A stretch of DNA of 64,000 bases. It comes from Ginglymostoma cirratum. Taxonomy: Eukaryota. A model generated the notes under the pieces. It searched no databases, was not told where the DNA came from, and was given only the letters and a program-made list of their open reading frames with translations. Location: NCBI GenBank assembly GCA_024137785.1, contig JAHRHZ010000025.1, forward strand, positions 25,474,110 through 25,538,109, given 5' to 3'. Below, piece after piece: positions 13,641 to 27,715 of the stretch. Every line of letters starts with the position of its first letter. Position 1 is the first letter of the stretch. The translations under genes and the position numbers were made by a program.

Positions 13641-16600
13641 TCCTGATATGACAGATTGTCTGGGGAATCTTGCCTGGAAACATGTCTGGGACACCTTCTT
13701 TCTGCTTTCTGGGTATGGAATGAACAAGGAGAAAAGGAACACATGGCTAGTTTGGCTTTGAACAGAAGAGATGATTGTGAAGCACGTCTTGGGTCTTGTA
13801 TTTGAGGCTAAAATTGCAAGAGGTTAATTTTTGCATTTAGAAATAATGTAAGAGAAGGATATTGTGAAAAACAACTCAGGCCGAACTAAAGACAGGGTAC
13901 TGCTAAATACCAGAGTTTAAGTGTAGGTTTGACAGAGTCCAGTCATATACTTTTCTAGTCAGATTTTAGCTCACACACCACAACCTCCAATACCACTGAT
14001 TACTTGTTCCCCATGTATGTATACCCAGTCAAATGCTCACCTACTTATCCCTTAACTAACATATAACCATACCTGTTCACTAATTCCATTTTATCTCACA
14101 CATCCCTACTAGATCCTAATCGATGACAATAGGTGCTCGTTTTAATTTCCCTCAGAGTTATTCAAAATACAAATGAGGCTGAGCTTAAAATGTAGAATTT
14201 GCTTTGTCTGTTTCTCCATGTACACTTGCTATATGTGAAATAAAGTAGTTTATCAATTCATAACGGGCCAGTTATTCCATCTGCCTTTCAAATGCTTGGA
14301 GAAGCTCACCTGAGGGCACTTATGATAAACAGTTCAGACTTCAGAAAGTGCTAATGGTATATTCATGAGTTCTGCTATTGTTTAATTAGACAAACGGGAA
14401 TGACACCTCTAAATGTAAAATAGTCAGACAGCTTCTTGGAATAAAAAAACATGAGAAACAATCAAAAACTTGCCACAATATTCATGACATCCGCTAAACT
14501 TATAGTTTTTGCGTATATATACCCATGTGCAATGTGTGAGAATATGATAACTGTACGTTAATTCTATTGTTAAGATCGTGGATAAACAGATGGAAAACAT
14601 TTATTGATTAAGTATTTTAAACATGCACAAAAAGGCATTGCTCCACCATTGTGCTGGTTAATAGGAGGAGGTGGAGATATGCTATGCTGCATTGAGTATT
14701 TTCAGCATTTTCTGTTTTTATTTCAAATTTCCAGCATCTGCAATAATCCCTTTCATTGTATACTCAATAGATAGTCTGCCTGAATTCTCACAGAGTGTAG
14801 GACTACAATTAGTAGATCAGTGGAGATCATTATTCATGTAGATATGGTACTGAAGGTATTATTCAAAACTAATAACAGACGAATCATCAGCTTCCTTGGA
14901 AAACTTAGAAAAAGATAGTTCAGCACTTAGGCCATGAACTTGTGACAAGGAAATCTATACAAGGAGTTGGAAGGTGAACAATATATAACCTTTCAGTTCA
15001 AAGTAATGAGAGGATAAATCAGAATGTAGAGGCTAAGTAGTTTCATTTTAGTTTTTGACAAACCACTAGGACAGTATAATCTGGGATGGAATTACAAAAT
15101 ACTTTGAGAGACAACAGTTAATTAAAGCCTGTCAGTTTATATTTCTAGCGATTTGATGAACTCAATGAACTCTTTAGAGAAATATCTGTGAGAAATGCGT
15201 ATAATTTATGGAGTGTTATGATCCTAGCCCAGACTACCAAAATATGTAAAGGACCTTTCAAAGGACCACGAACAGTTTTGAAAAGTTGACAGTATATGAG
15301 ATTACTAAGTAATTACTAAGACAACAAAGTCACATAATTCCAAGGTTTTGAATAAACAATCATAACTTTGATATGCAAAAATCAGAACAATAATGCAACA
15401 TACTATATGCATACCTTATTTTCTAATATCCAGAATCGTCATGAGGCAATTATGGGTGATGAATTGTGATTGATTATTATACAAAGTACAACAACTGTAT
15501 CTTTATAGTTTTTCTGTACTTTTGATAGAGGAATAAATGGGAAAAGAACTGGATCAAAGGACAAGGACTGTTGAAGGATTGCTGCACTTTTTAAAAGCGA
15601 GTAACCTAGCATTCATTGTAAATGCTGTTTAAACACCTATTTGTTCAACAATAGTGAAGGTCTGGTTGCAGTCAAGCAGGGGCCAAGCAATGTGTATAAA
15701 GGAAGCTTTGGCTGGCAACAAGTAACTAATTGATCTGTGGACTAGTGACCAGTTATTGATGACAAAGCTTCCTACTTTCTGACAACTATGTACAGCAAAC
15801 ATTTTATCTAACTGACACCTATGGCACCAGGGGTATGCTGGTTGATCAAATATTTTGGATAGCTGTGAGATCCACATAGTCAATGTAAAAACACACACTA
15901 AGTAATAGAAACATAATGCAGGGGGTATACACATCATTTTTATACTTTAGTTACAACATTAATCACTTAAATAATAATGCAACTTTGCCTTAAAGAAAAC
16001 TTACTGGCAGAAAGCCTTCTCACTTGCACCCTTAACTGACTACACAGACATTACGGTAGATTGTGGTCCTTGAGGAGAAATTGACTTGAAATTGAATCAA
16101 CTATTGATATTTCATGCAGCCATTTGATTGAATAACAAGTATGTTTACATTGAAGTAACTAACTTAAAGAAAAACTATAATCATTGAACAGAATAATACA
16201 GTAAACTTTTGAGGTATATAACTTCTGTCAGTTTTACAAGAATGTCAGTTCATAACATGCCACTTAACAGAAAGTTTTCTGTAATTGGTTCCCAAGTTGA
16301 TGAAAACCTTGAGAATGTGATTGTTTGATCATAAACTATCAGACCTCTGGAAGGGAAGCAGATGTGCAGGCATTTCATGCCTAAAGATAGCGAGTGTGCA
16401 CCCCTCACCAGTTGCTGCAAGCTGTGATTTTTAATTAGTAAGTCAGAGACCTTCATAAATGTGAACCAGTCACCTTGCACCTCTTGCAAACAACTGAACA
16501 CATCTGGAGAAGGGAGATCAGGAAGCAGCGTTCTTATCAGCGAAAGGATCATCTCAACAATACCTGAGGACAAGGATCAGTGAACTACCTTCCCAGTCTT

Positions 16601-18179
16601 TCCCTCTGCCATAATCCATCTTTTTTGTGTCTGTGTCAGTATGTGCATATAGAGGATGAGTTTTATAAGCACGTCAGAGCTTTGATCTGTTGATTTACGT
16701 CAATGGTTTAGAGTTGTTTATCTGTAGTTTGAACCTATTTATTTGTAATTTAATGTATTTAATATGAATCTATGTAATAAATTGTTGTTAAGCAGAATAA
16801 CATGGTCCATGCTTTCTGTCAAGCAGGTCTAAATGACCAGTAAATTGGGAAATTCTGAGTGCTTTTTAAAATCTTCAACTTTGTGATGACCCTTGGAAAA
16901 GTGGGGCTTGATTCCCAGTAAACTACCCTGAAAAGGCATCACATGAGCACATCAAATTGAACATGCGATCAAAGCAGGATTTCTCAACAAGATTTGCAGA
17001 TTTTCATGACAAATTGGATCATCCAATCTGATTAAAAATTTATAAGTCAACTTCTTCACAGTTGAAGACCTAGTTTCAGAACTCCCAGGAAAGTGATTTT
17101 ATTATGGACTGCCTCAACACTGACTCATAGCCTTTTAATCCATTGTTTCCAATGGCATATGTCTCCCTGGATTCTGGAAACTTCACTGAAACACATATTC
17201 ACACATGCAATTTCACCTTGTCCGCAGACTGCTAGCTTCACCAAGCTAGTACTGCACTAGGCTTTGCCTTAATCTCTAATCATGTTGAGTTGTGTCAAAT
17301 GGCACTAGAACTCTTTCCTGAATTGTATTGGCAAAGAACTATCCGAATATTTCTGTGCCTTCTTCCTGAGCCCAACATTCAAAGCCAGTGTCTTTTAATT
17401 GCCTTGTCAGCAGTCCAGTTAAACATCAGCAGTGCTTACTGTGGAGCCTGATTTTCTCTCTCTATAATTGCCGGTAACCTTTGAACTACTCTTTGGTCAT
17501 CCACTTCAACTGTTTTGAGTAACCTATTGGAAATCTTGCAACGAGTTCCTAGGCAATATTGAATGTTGTTAAAATTTTGTAAGCATCAAATTTAGCAATT
17601 TCTTCAAACTCTCTTTTCCCTGCATTACAATTTCCACAGATTCCTGAACTTACATACTACAAATTACATACAACAAAAAGAAAATGCCATCTTGTTTTAG
17701 GAAAGACATAAAAGTAATGGTAAGATTCTGCATGGATTTGTTAAGATTGTCCATTTGCTAGAATGACGGTAATCAGATAGTTTGAATTTAAGATGAACAT
17801 AAGGGAAAACAAGACAACGGTTTGCACAGATCACAGTTTTAATGAAAAGGTTTCTGGGACAGAGTTAAAAAGATCTAAACGGGGTAAAGGGATGAGGCAG
17901 AGTGTAGGAGTATACACGATAGCTTATGTAGAAAAAAAATATGGTTCATATTTAAAGACTTGAAAATCTTGGTTGCTTGCTGATATATTCAATGGTTCTT
18001 TGGAGGGGGGTTAACCAGATCTATACACATTTGTCTACGCCTCCATACACATATAAATGTTTACTTGTGTTAATGCATAACCTTATCTACATCTATGTCT
18101 CCGTATCTGTTGATTCACATTAGAATTTTTAAAAAAAATTGCAGGTTTTCTACTTGAATCATGTGAGATTGGCCAAGCT

Positions 18180-19715
18180 AGAATTAGATTTTCACCGCAA
18201 CAGAGAACTACTTTTCATGGGGGTGGGAATGTGGATGGATTGCATTTCTCCCATTTAAATCATCAACTGCTTCAACTGAAATAGAATTTTAAGAACCTTG
18301 GAGTGTGAAATCCAAAGTGTGCAGACAAGACATGGTAAGAGCTGGTTAGGTTAATTTGAAAAGCTATGGTACCGCTTTGGATTTGAGCCCAGGACACCTT
18401 TGGGGAAGTAAGGTTTCATCTCGGGCACATCATGTGAATTTGAGGAGGTAAAGCGCCCTCATAATTGTTAAAATTAGTCTTGATTTTGTGTGAAAAGTCT
18501 ATAGGACCATTACTGTCATGCTCATTGAAACTGTTAACAGTTCTGTCAAAGTTAATGTCAAAATTGTCAAAAATACATGTCAATAGGACCTGTCAAAGGG
18601 AACTGTCAATAGGAACTGTCAAAAGTGCTAAGAGGACCCATCACAGGGTCGTGTAAGAAGGGCTTTATCAAGCTGTCAAGATTTTCAGAAATGCTGTCCT
18701 TTCAATCTTTGAAAAAAACATTGGAGTGGTTAAAAATGATTGCTTGCTACTTTACTCTGCCCGTTGGCACAAACCTGAGGATCTATAGTACTGAATTACA
18801 GCTGCACAACTGATTTCACAACCATCCATATTCACAGCAGGGTGTTTTTCATTTCACCGCTTGATTGACAGCTCCAAGTGGTTATAGACTCTTTGATGTC
18901 AGGCTAAGATCTAATGCTAATCTTCTTGTTATAGGGGATTGTGCACTTGAATGAAATGTTTCTTGTGAGAAGGCTTTATTAGTTGAGGGAATGGATATTT
19001 AATAAATGCTTCTTATGAATGTGTATGGTTTTCCAATATAGTGAAGTCTCCAAAACAAGCTTCTAACTATTTTAGAGAACTTTCTTTAGTCTCATCTCTA
19101 CATGCGTCTTTAGGCTTGTCCTTGGCATGCTAGGTATAAGGACAAAGAGTGGTTAGATGTGGGCATGCATTAATATGAGTTTTTACTAAGAGGCATGGGG
19201 CTATAAAGGTCATGGGATGTGGGTATGGGGGCATAGGTTGGCTTGGAGGGTATGAAATGCTGGGAGGAGCATTATGACATCTTAACAAGACATACAGTGC
19301 ATGAGGAGGCTTAAGGATCATTTTGGTGGACTATCTTGACTAGGATTACATTAGGGGGCATTGGGTGATGGGTGGAGAAAATGAGGTGGCATGGATTTAT
19401 GTGGGTGCATCACACGGAGTGTTGGGGAGGGATGGCTGAGGTGTAAAGGCTGGAGGGATGTATTATGTTTTGTCCATTTCTTAATTAAACTTCAGCACTG
19501 AGACAGGCCATCCATGCAACACATTTCTGTACCTGATAGCCTCCATTATCATCCTGTGGTCACTCAATCAGGCTCACAGGGAACCCATTCCCCTGAAACC
19601 AAAATCTAACCTTCTGAGCTACTTCTTTCCATGTTGGGCTCGCAGAGCTAGGAAATGCTCTGACTCTGCACTCCTGACCCAGGAGTCCAAATCCATGCCT
19701 TGACCTCTGATGTTT
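18180..19715. repeat. Unclassified ~1.4-1.5 kb interspersed repeat, copy 1
   Basis: Collinear with 26310-27715: gctcattgaaac, TGTCAA cluster, tcctttNaatctttg, actgatttcacaaccat, agactctttga, ttgaatgaaatg, aggctttatt, gtgaagtct, then a G-rich ggcatg tract. Confidence 0.7.
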
Positions 19716-19729
19716 TCCCATATCAAAAA

Positions 19730-20128
19730 GAACAAAAAACTTGCATTTATATTGCACCTTTTGCAATTCCAAGCCGTTCCAACTAATGAAGCACATTTGC
19801 AGTTGGATTAATATTACAATGTAGGAAACATGCAACCAATTTGTACACAACAAAGTCCTAAAAACCACACTGTGACACTGACCAGATAATCTTATTTTTC
19901 TATGATGTTGATTGAAAGATTGAAACTGGTGACGGTGTCAGGGAAACGCCCCTGCACTTCATTGAACTAGCATCGTGGGATCGTTTACATTTGACTAAAA
20001 TATACCATGAAAGAGTGCCCCAATTCTTCAGTACCAGTCTGGAATGTCAGCTTGGATTTATGTGCTCAAGACGTAGAGTGGAACTTAAACACACAGCTCT
20101 GAGACAAGTGTGCTGAGACTGAGCCATA
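19730..20128 (-). mobile_element. Deu-domain SINE (SacSINE1/AmnSINE-like), decayed
   Basis: Reverse complement head tggctcag...ttaagttccactc...ttgagcacataaatccaagctgaca and tail tgcaatataaatgcaagtt. Confidence 0.6.
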
Positions 20129-22922
20129 TCTACTATATCAGTGTTGCTTATCTAGCTTAGTGCCTGAACGACATGTTGTAAAATACTCTGGACTAGAGTT
20201 TAGGATTATCATTTTTGTTGAGATAAGAGCAGAAGACTGAAGTAAGTGAAATCATTTCACACTTTCGGTGGTTCAAATTCAATACATATTTATTAATTCA
20301 GCAGATATTTAAACGTTTAATCATACAAAATTCAATACATTTTGAAAATACACATGGTGCAGAAACCACTATGTATAGTTCAGAATTACAATAGAGTTGC
20401 TTATGGCTTTCCCACATAGTGGAGAGATTAAGGGCATTTGTTTCAGAAATTATCCACTGATCAGATATATAGTCTACTAACATTTCTACATTTTCCAATA
20501 AGTTTTCAGAGCTTTTCTTAAAAGCATTACTTCTACTATATTAAAAATTCCATTATATAAAACTATTTCCACAGATTGCTCTGTTTATACCTTTTCTGTA
20601 AAGAACAGCGTTAAGTGCTGTTGGGGTTTTAATACACTTTAATCTCAGTGTGCTCTCACACCAACCAAGCAACTGTGTGGGTTCGGTTTATTTCCAATTA
20701 CTCTGCAGGGTGGATCGTACTACAGGAAACAGGTATCCAAACTTGTAGAAAATACTCTCAATCATGTGACTTACCTAACTTAATCATTCCTTTGGCAATT
20801 AGTTCAGAGAGATAATTCCCTTCCCTCTGAATTTCAGAGAAAACTCTCTTTTTCAAGCCTCCCAAAACCCATCTCGTTAATGGTAGCTCCATTCAAAGTT
20901 CTTTCATTCCTTGTTTAATGTCCAAATAACAGAACTTGAGATATTCTTTTGTATGGAAATGACTACTTTACAAATGTAAGCTTCTGCTGCTAATAGGCGG
21001 GGTGTCCGTGGAACAGACCAATCTCATTACATGTCTGCAAAACATAGATGACCTTTTAATAGAGGACTGGAATGGAAGAATGGAAAGAAAAGCAGACGTG
21101 AAATGATGAGGACTGAATATGTGGAGTGCTTCAGTTTTATACTGGTGTAATTAATTCAAGAGAAAATTAAAACCCTGTCAGTCTGCTCTAATCGGATGCA
21201 GAAAATACTGAGACATAGAAGTCTTTCTATAAATGTGGTTTGTATTACTGTCACATAAACTTGCAGCATTTGGGTGTTAGAGTCACTTGCTCTCTAGAAA
21301 TTGAGGCCCAATAAAAATGCAACGTGTGACATGTAATCACATAAGATATCCTTCTTTTTCATGCAATTTTTCCCTCCTCATTCATTTAAGTCTTTTCCTG
21401 TTTTCAGCTTATACTCAATTCCCAAATAGCAGACACCAGAGGTGGTAGGGAAGTCTCAGAAATGTAACTCCTTCTGTCTCCACTTTCTCATGACAGGGAG
21501 AGGTTATCTGTTTCACTTGAGCAACTCCCAACTAGACACAAATAAGATGGGAAATGTACGGAGGTTTAACCCACGTCCATTTGCACTCTGTGGCTGTCAC
21601 CTCTTGACAGTCAACCTAAGCACTTGCCATAAAGACCCTACTAATTTCACATGGAAAAGGAAACTACTTGCTGAAATTATTGGCTGAATTCAGTTAGAAT
21701 TTAGCATCAGTTATTGGAAGGCATTGATATGTTCAATGTTCCTCAAGGGTGTAATGCAGATTTTGAGCTGTTGGAGCAGTTTTTAAACTTTAAGATGTCA
21801 CAAAGATAAGCTTTTTTTGCTTTTAACTGGAGGGGTTAATGCACTTCAGCAGGACCACATGCTAGGGGGTACCTGACGTCTGACACAATTGAACGTTTAG
21901 GCTTACATACTGAATCTTTCGCCGAATTTATGGGCTGGGATTTATTGGGGACTGAGGACAAGGGCTATGGCAAGATTTGTGGCAGAATTGTGCAAGAAGT
22001 CTGGCAAGGCCTATCTTAAGGTTGGGAGCAACTCATTGCATTTTTACACATTTGCCAAACAGTGCGGCTACTTTCTCACTATACACCAGTGATTTGTCAC
22101 TTCAAGGAAATTATAGTTTGCTAAATAGCTCATTAACACACAACTTGCTTCATTAATATGCAGTTTCTTATCTTATCAAATGTGCCGAACAATCTAGACA
22201 GAGAGAATTCTCAACACGGTGCTGGTGACTCCAGCGCATCACTGGCTAAGGAGAGCCTCCATGTTGGTCACCACACAACAGCACCTCGAGGCATGATCCA
22301 TTGGCACCAGCCGCATGCACATCTTGTATATGGTGAGGGGTTGGGAGAGTGTGGGGAAATGGGAATGCCTTGTTGTATGGCACACCGAAATGTCAACCTA
22401 CTGCATGTGCCAGCTGCCTGTGTGACAAACATACTGCATTGAACCAAATGGACAGCTCCCATCTCCCCTTGACAGGACTGCGCACTGCCCCTCACCCACA
22501 TCTGACATGGCCACTAACGGTGGCTACAAATAAAATCCTTGTGTTTGTGCTCATCCAACTGCTTGCCTGTATGTGATGTTCCCTTCCTGGACAACCAAAG
22601 ACTGTGGGTCCACATTGGGCATTGGGGACAGAGTAGTGATGACTGAGAGGAGATGTTTAGACAGGATGTAGCTAATGAGAGAGACACTGTACGGTCTAAT
22701 TGTTAAACAGTGACAAAGGTAAGTGAAGGTGCTTGTATCTATGATGGAACATCAGTTGTACGTTGAGAGCAGAGGAACTTTATGGCTGCTGTGACACTAC
22801 ATTGCCAATGACCTGTCCAGGTGCACAGTGGCTTTTCAAAGGTAGTACAGGCAGAAGGAAGGCCAGTTGATTGGTGGATATCTGCTGAGTGGCAAGTTGT
22901 TCCACAAATAGTCAGTGGTAAA

Positions 22923-23160
22923 TGTAGTGATTGTAATGAGGTCAGCTAGGTGGACCTCACAGAATATGAGTTCCCTGATTAAGGCTGTTAACCTGGTCCA
23001 ATCAGGGAGCCCTGGCTGACAGATATGAACAGGAGTGTCAGAGGCTCTGTCCACTCTGAGAGCTGGCTCTGAGGGAGCTGGATCAGTGTCAAGGATGCTC
23101 CACAAGTAAATATAGAATGACTTGTTGACTGGATATGGTGAGCCTTTGTGCAGTTATTTG
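22923..23160 (+). mobile_element. Probable solo LTR
   Basis: Starts TGTAG; contains CCAAT within inverted ccctgatt/aatcaggg, TATA-like gatatgaa and a decayed polyA signal. Recognised as a recurrent shark LTR-like sequence from memory, not verified. Confidence 0.45.
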
Positions 23161-23477
23161 GGTGTGAGGAGCACCATGGAGGTAGGGTAGGTAGTTACTG
23201 AAGCCGGTTTGGTAAGATACGATGAGAATTCTCACAAGACCTCACAGAGAAAAACGTTCCAAAAAAACGCAACATAACTGTCACTTAGCCAAAAAATATT
23301 ACATGTTGCCTTACAGTTTTACGTGTCTCCATATGAGTGGTTGACTGACACATTGTCAGTTTAGCACACAGTCTGTTGTGCAGTACTGAGTGATGTGACA
23401 TTCTGGAAATTGATATCTACTTGTGTATCATTCCTAAATCATTTTGGAATAATACAGCAACATGACAAAGACATTAA

Positions 23478-23612
23478 TAACTGAAAGAACTGCAGATGCT
23501 GTAAATCAGGAACAAAAACTGAAGTTGCTGGAAAAGCTCAACAGGTCTGGCAGCATCAGTGAAGAAAATATCAAAGCTAATGTTTCGGGTCTGGTGACCC
23601 TTCTTCAGAACT
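23478..23612 (-). mobile_element. Penelope-type terminal repeat (subfamily B) with partly decayed hammerhead at 23575-23612
   Basis: Reverse complement AGTT-CTGAAGA-A-GGGTC-ACCA-GACCC-GAAAC-ATT-AGCT followed by gatgctgccagacctgttgagcttttccagca, homologous to 45301-45436. Confidence 0.75.
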
Positions 23613-23639
23613 GCTGGTTAGCTACTACTGCCTACATGC

Positions 23640-23852
23640 ACTCACCTATCACCATCCCACCTCCCTTCCTCAGCCCCATCCCTCCTCTCTCTATTTATTT
23701 CAGAGCTCCCCTCCCCCTTCCCATTTCTGAAGAAGGGTCCCGACCCAAAACGCCAGCCTTCCTGCTCCTCTGATGCTGCCTGGCCTGCTGTGCTCCTCCA
23801 GCTCCACAGTTGTGTTGTCTCTGACTCCAGCATCTGCACTTCTTGCTATCTT
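23640..23852 (+). mobile_element. Penelope-type terminal repeat (subfamily A, older copy) with inactivated hammerhead
   Basis: Homologous to 31150-31360; core reads CTGAAGA-A-GGGT-CCCG-ACCC-AAAAC-GCC, so the GAAA box and UH triplet are mutated. Confidence 0.75.
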
Positions 23853-23947
23853 AGTTATCATCGTGTAGTGACGTCTTCTGGCATAGATTGTCAATGAACA
23901 GAAGCAATGGAGTCACTAAGGTCCCAGCATGATATTAAATACAGAGC

Positions 23948-24255
23948 TGATGGTCTAGTGGCATTATCACTGGACTATTAATACACAGAGACAAGTAATG
24001 TTCTGGGGATCTGTATTTGAATCCCACCATGGCAGTTGGCAGAATTTGAATTAAATTAAAGTTTGGAATCAAGAGTTGAATAATGATCATGAAACTGTTG
24101 TCAATTGTCAAACAGAAGACACATCTGACTCACTAATGTCCTTTAGGGAAGAAATTGTGCTGTCTTTACCTGGTCTGGCCTGCATGTTACTCCAGACCCA
24201 CAGCAATGTAGCTGACTTTTAACTACTTTCTGGGCAATAAATGCTAGCCTAGGCA
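23948..24255 (+). mobile_element. Older copy of the same SINE
   Basis: tggtctagtggcattatcactggactatta...tttgaatccc...cactaatgtcctttagggaag...gggcaataaatgct. Confidence 0.75.
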
Positions 24256-24699
24256 AAAATAGCAAATTTGTAATAAAGCTCTATCTGAAATTATGGGCTT
24301 TGATTCTGGAGGGGATAGGGAGGGGATAGTCCACGAGATTTCCTCAGGGATAATGGTCAATTTGTGCCAGAAGAGCAGAGACAGATCCATGGGCCGATAG
24401 AGAAGGCCATATCAATGAAAGTGGAGAGGCAGATGTATGTATTGGAAGTGATGGATATGTCTGGGAGGCAACAGAAGGCGATGTTAGTTGTTGGGGCATC
24501 TATGAGAATGGAATGGATGGATATAGTGGGGAGTTGGAGGGATGTGTCTGGGTGTGGGCCCAGGGGATAATGATGGAGTACACATTTATTTTGAGCAAGA
24601 GCTCAATCCAGGAAATAGTGAGTTAGAAATCCAGTTTTCATTCTGCTCATGAATTAGAAAAAAACAATTGGGTAAAGTGTAAAGATTTGCAATTGCCTG

Positions 24700-25165
24700 T
24701 ATTTGCATGAAAACAAAATTAGCAAATTGCGTTTATAAAACACATTTTCTCTATTAAAAACATTCAAAGGGCTTTATGTAGGAACACTGTGGATCACATT
24801 TTGACATGGAGACACATAAGGAAATTTTCAGCCAGATGAGCCAAAGTTTGGTTGCAAGGGTACAATTTACGGGTCGTCTTTAAAGACGAAATCTTGTGTT
24901 TAAAAAATGACAGAGTTAAAGAGATTGAAAGTTGTATGGAGGAAATTACTGAGTGTAATGTTGAGGGAACCGAAGGTACAATCTCAATGGTGGAGTGACT
25001 AAAATTGTACTTATAACATGAGGCTAGAGGTTTCAGGAGGTTGTTTGGCTAGAGGAGGTTACAGAGATAGGGAGGGGTTTAAGGCCATGAAGGAAATTGA
25101 AAAGAAGGATTTAAATTTTTGCATCAAGGTGTTGCTTAACTGCAAGTCAGTGTAAATCTCTGATT
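24700..25165 (-). mobile_element. L2 LINE 3' fragment
   Basis: ggaggttacagagatagggagggg..aaggccatgaaggaaattgaaa..aggatttaaatttt, homologous to 50490-50875 and 36775-36880. Confidence 0.6.
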
Positions 25166-26309
25166 ATAAGACAAATTAATACCCTATAGTCCCAAAGGGG
25201 TTTGCAACTATTTATTTTTAACTAAATTAATCTTATTTAATTATCTTCTAGCAAACATCAGTGAGACTTTGAGTCTAAATTTCCTGAATTGATACTATTT
25301 TGGTATTGAATCTAAACATTAGATTTCTTCGTAAATGTATGCTCTTGCATGAGCAGGCTGTCCAAGATGGACTATGCAGGCTAATTCCCTGTGGATAAGG
25401 GCCTTTGTGACGCAGTGTCCTTATCTCTGAACAGGAGGTCCAGGTTCATACTTCACCTGCTCTGGAGGTGTGTAACAACATCTCTAAACAGGTTGATTGG
25501 AGAATGTCTATTATTTGTGGAAATACTAAATATAATGAGTTTCAAATTGACCTCAAATATTGTATTATACCAAGTGCTCACTGGACACAATTATTAGTAT
25601 CACTACTGATATTGCAAACATTGGCTATTGATTTCTCTGAATGGTGTCTTGGTGTTCCTAATGCAATGTTCAGAGAAGTACCAATAGTGGACTTTTCTGA
25701 GTGCTTTAACAAACCTATAGCCATGTTTACATTGGAAACACTTCATACCTGATTAGAATGATAACTACCGGATATTTCTTGAACAATTTCTAACATCATG
25801 AAAACTGTAAAAGCTGAACTATTTTGACACCACATAGATTTCTTATCAAGAAAGGAACATATTTCTATAGCCCGTAGGTTATGCAATTTAAACTTTGAAT
25901 AGAAACTTGTGAAATATTAAGTTTCACCTTGAGTTGCTATTTGTCAATTTGGATCCATTTTATTTTCCCAGAGAACAAAATGAGGAATACTGCCCTCCAC
26001 TATTATTAAAGAACTGACCCTACCCTTTAACAGTATATTTATTCATTATAGAGTAATATGAGCAATGGTCAATAGGTGTACAATGCAGAAAGTCTATGTC
26101 CACGACCCAAAGAAAGCAGTGTTGTTGGGGATAACACTTGAGAAATGAAGATGAGGGAATATAAGGCAGAATTACACTTAGCCACTGCATTGATTTCCCT
26201 TAGTAGGCACTTGAAAACAAATCAGTACTGGATTTGTATCAGAAATGAACTGAAAGCTTTTATCTTAAAATGTGACACCAACGTCATGATTTTCTTCACA
26301 ATTATGATG

Positions 26310-27715
26310 AAAATGGCAGAAGCACCCAAAATTGGAAGGCCCAGTCCAAAGACAGTACTACTTATTTTTATGGGGTGGGAATGGGGAAGGCTCAAGCTTT
26401 GCATATAGAGGTTCCTGGCTATTTAAGTTAGCAACTGCCTCCACTCAGATCAGATTTTGGTAGCCTAGGAGTATGAAAACCAAGATATGCGGAATTAGAT
26501 CTGGACTTTGTGTAATTCTTTGATTAGCCAGGGTATCTCTTTAGAAAGGTATGGTAACCCTTTGGGTATGGTTCTGAAACACCTTTAGGGTATATGTAAG
26601 GTGCCCTTCGGGAGCGGTGAAGTGGCTCTTGGAATTGTTAAAAGTGGGCTTGCGTGTATGATGCAAGTTGCATAATCACATTAACCGTCAAGCTCATTGA
26701 AACCGTCAACAGATCTGCCAAAATCAAATGTCAAAAGTGTGAAGGGGACCTGTCAAGAGCAATCTGTCAAAAATATCAAGAGACTCTGTCAATGGGAGCT
26801 AATAAGTTGTCATGGTATTTAAAAGTCTTGTCCTTTAAATCTTTGCAAATAAATGTACAGTGTTAAAAAAATGTTTGCCATTTCATTGTCTTGACAAATG
26901 ACTGAGAATTTCCATTCCTAGATTCTTGCCGCTTTACTGATTTCACAACCATTCATTATGATGTACAGCATGCTTCTATTTTACAGTTTGATTCATATCT
27001 ATAGATGTTTACAGACTCTTTGAAATGGGGTGATGAATTCCAATGTTTGCTCTTGTATGGGATTGAGCAATTGAATGAAATGCTTGTTGTTATCAGGCTT
27101 TATTTAATTGAATATAAATGGAAAACAAAACTCATCCATAAAAAAAAAATGTACTCAATGTGGTGAAGTCTGCAATACATATTTAGAAATTTATTTTATA
27201 GAATTTTATATAACCTCATATCTGCATGGGTCCTAGGTGTGTACTGTGTGAGTTTTTGTGTAGATACAAGGCCAAAGGTTGATGGGTAGGGAGGAATGGG
27301 CTGGCATGAATTGGAACTAAGTTAGCATAACGGTTATGAAGGACCACATAAATGCAGGGTGGCTGCAGGCGAATAGTTTGGCATGGGGATTGGGAGTCAT
27401 GGGGTCAGCACCGGTCATGAGGTGACATGATTGGCGTGGGTCAGGGAGGGGGGGATGTGTGGGTTATGAGGTAGCGTGAGGGTTAGGACTGGAGGGAAGC
27501 TGCATGATTGATTTAATTTTAATAATTTTGGACATAATGCCAGAGCCCTGATGCAGTCCTTCTGCGCAGCCCAACTCCTCAGTCAGCATCCTCCAGCGTA
27601 TGAGCGAGAATCTGATATCGAGGCCACCAATTTCAAAAGTCAGGTTTGCAAAGCCAGGAATTCTACTGACTCTGTGCACTCAACTCACAGATGAAAATCA
27701 AGGCCCAGAAATGAA
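26310..27715. repeat. Unclassified ~1.4 kb interspersed repeat, copy 2 (same orientation), just downstream of the heyl stop
   Basis: Same shared blocks as copy 1. Confidence 0.7.

Noticed and set aside
15230-16945. Possible solo LTRs (TGTTATG start at ~15234; AATAAA and CATCACA end near 16942)
   Set aside because: No second copy, TSD or PBS visible in the window; too weak to call.
18544-18622. Regularly spaced repeats resembling a CRISPR or iteron array
   Set aside because: Units are 13 bp with no unique spacers, the context is eukaryotic and there are no cas genes; treated as a minisatellite in a repeat.
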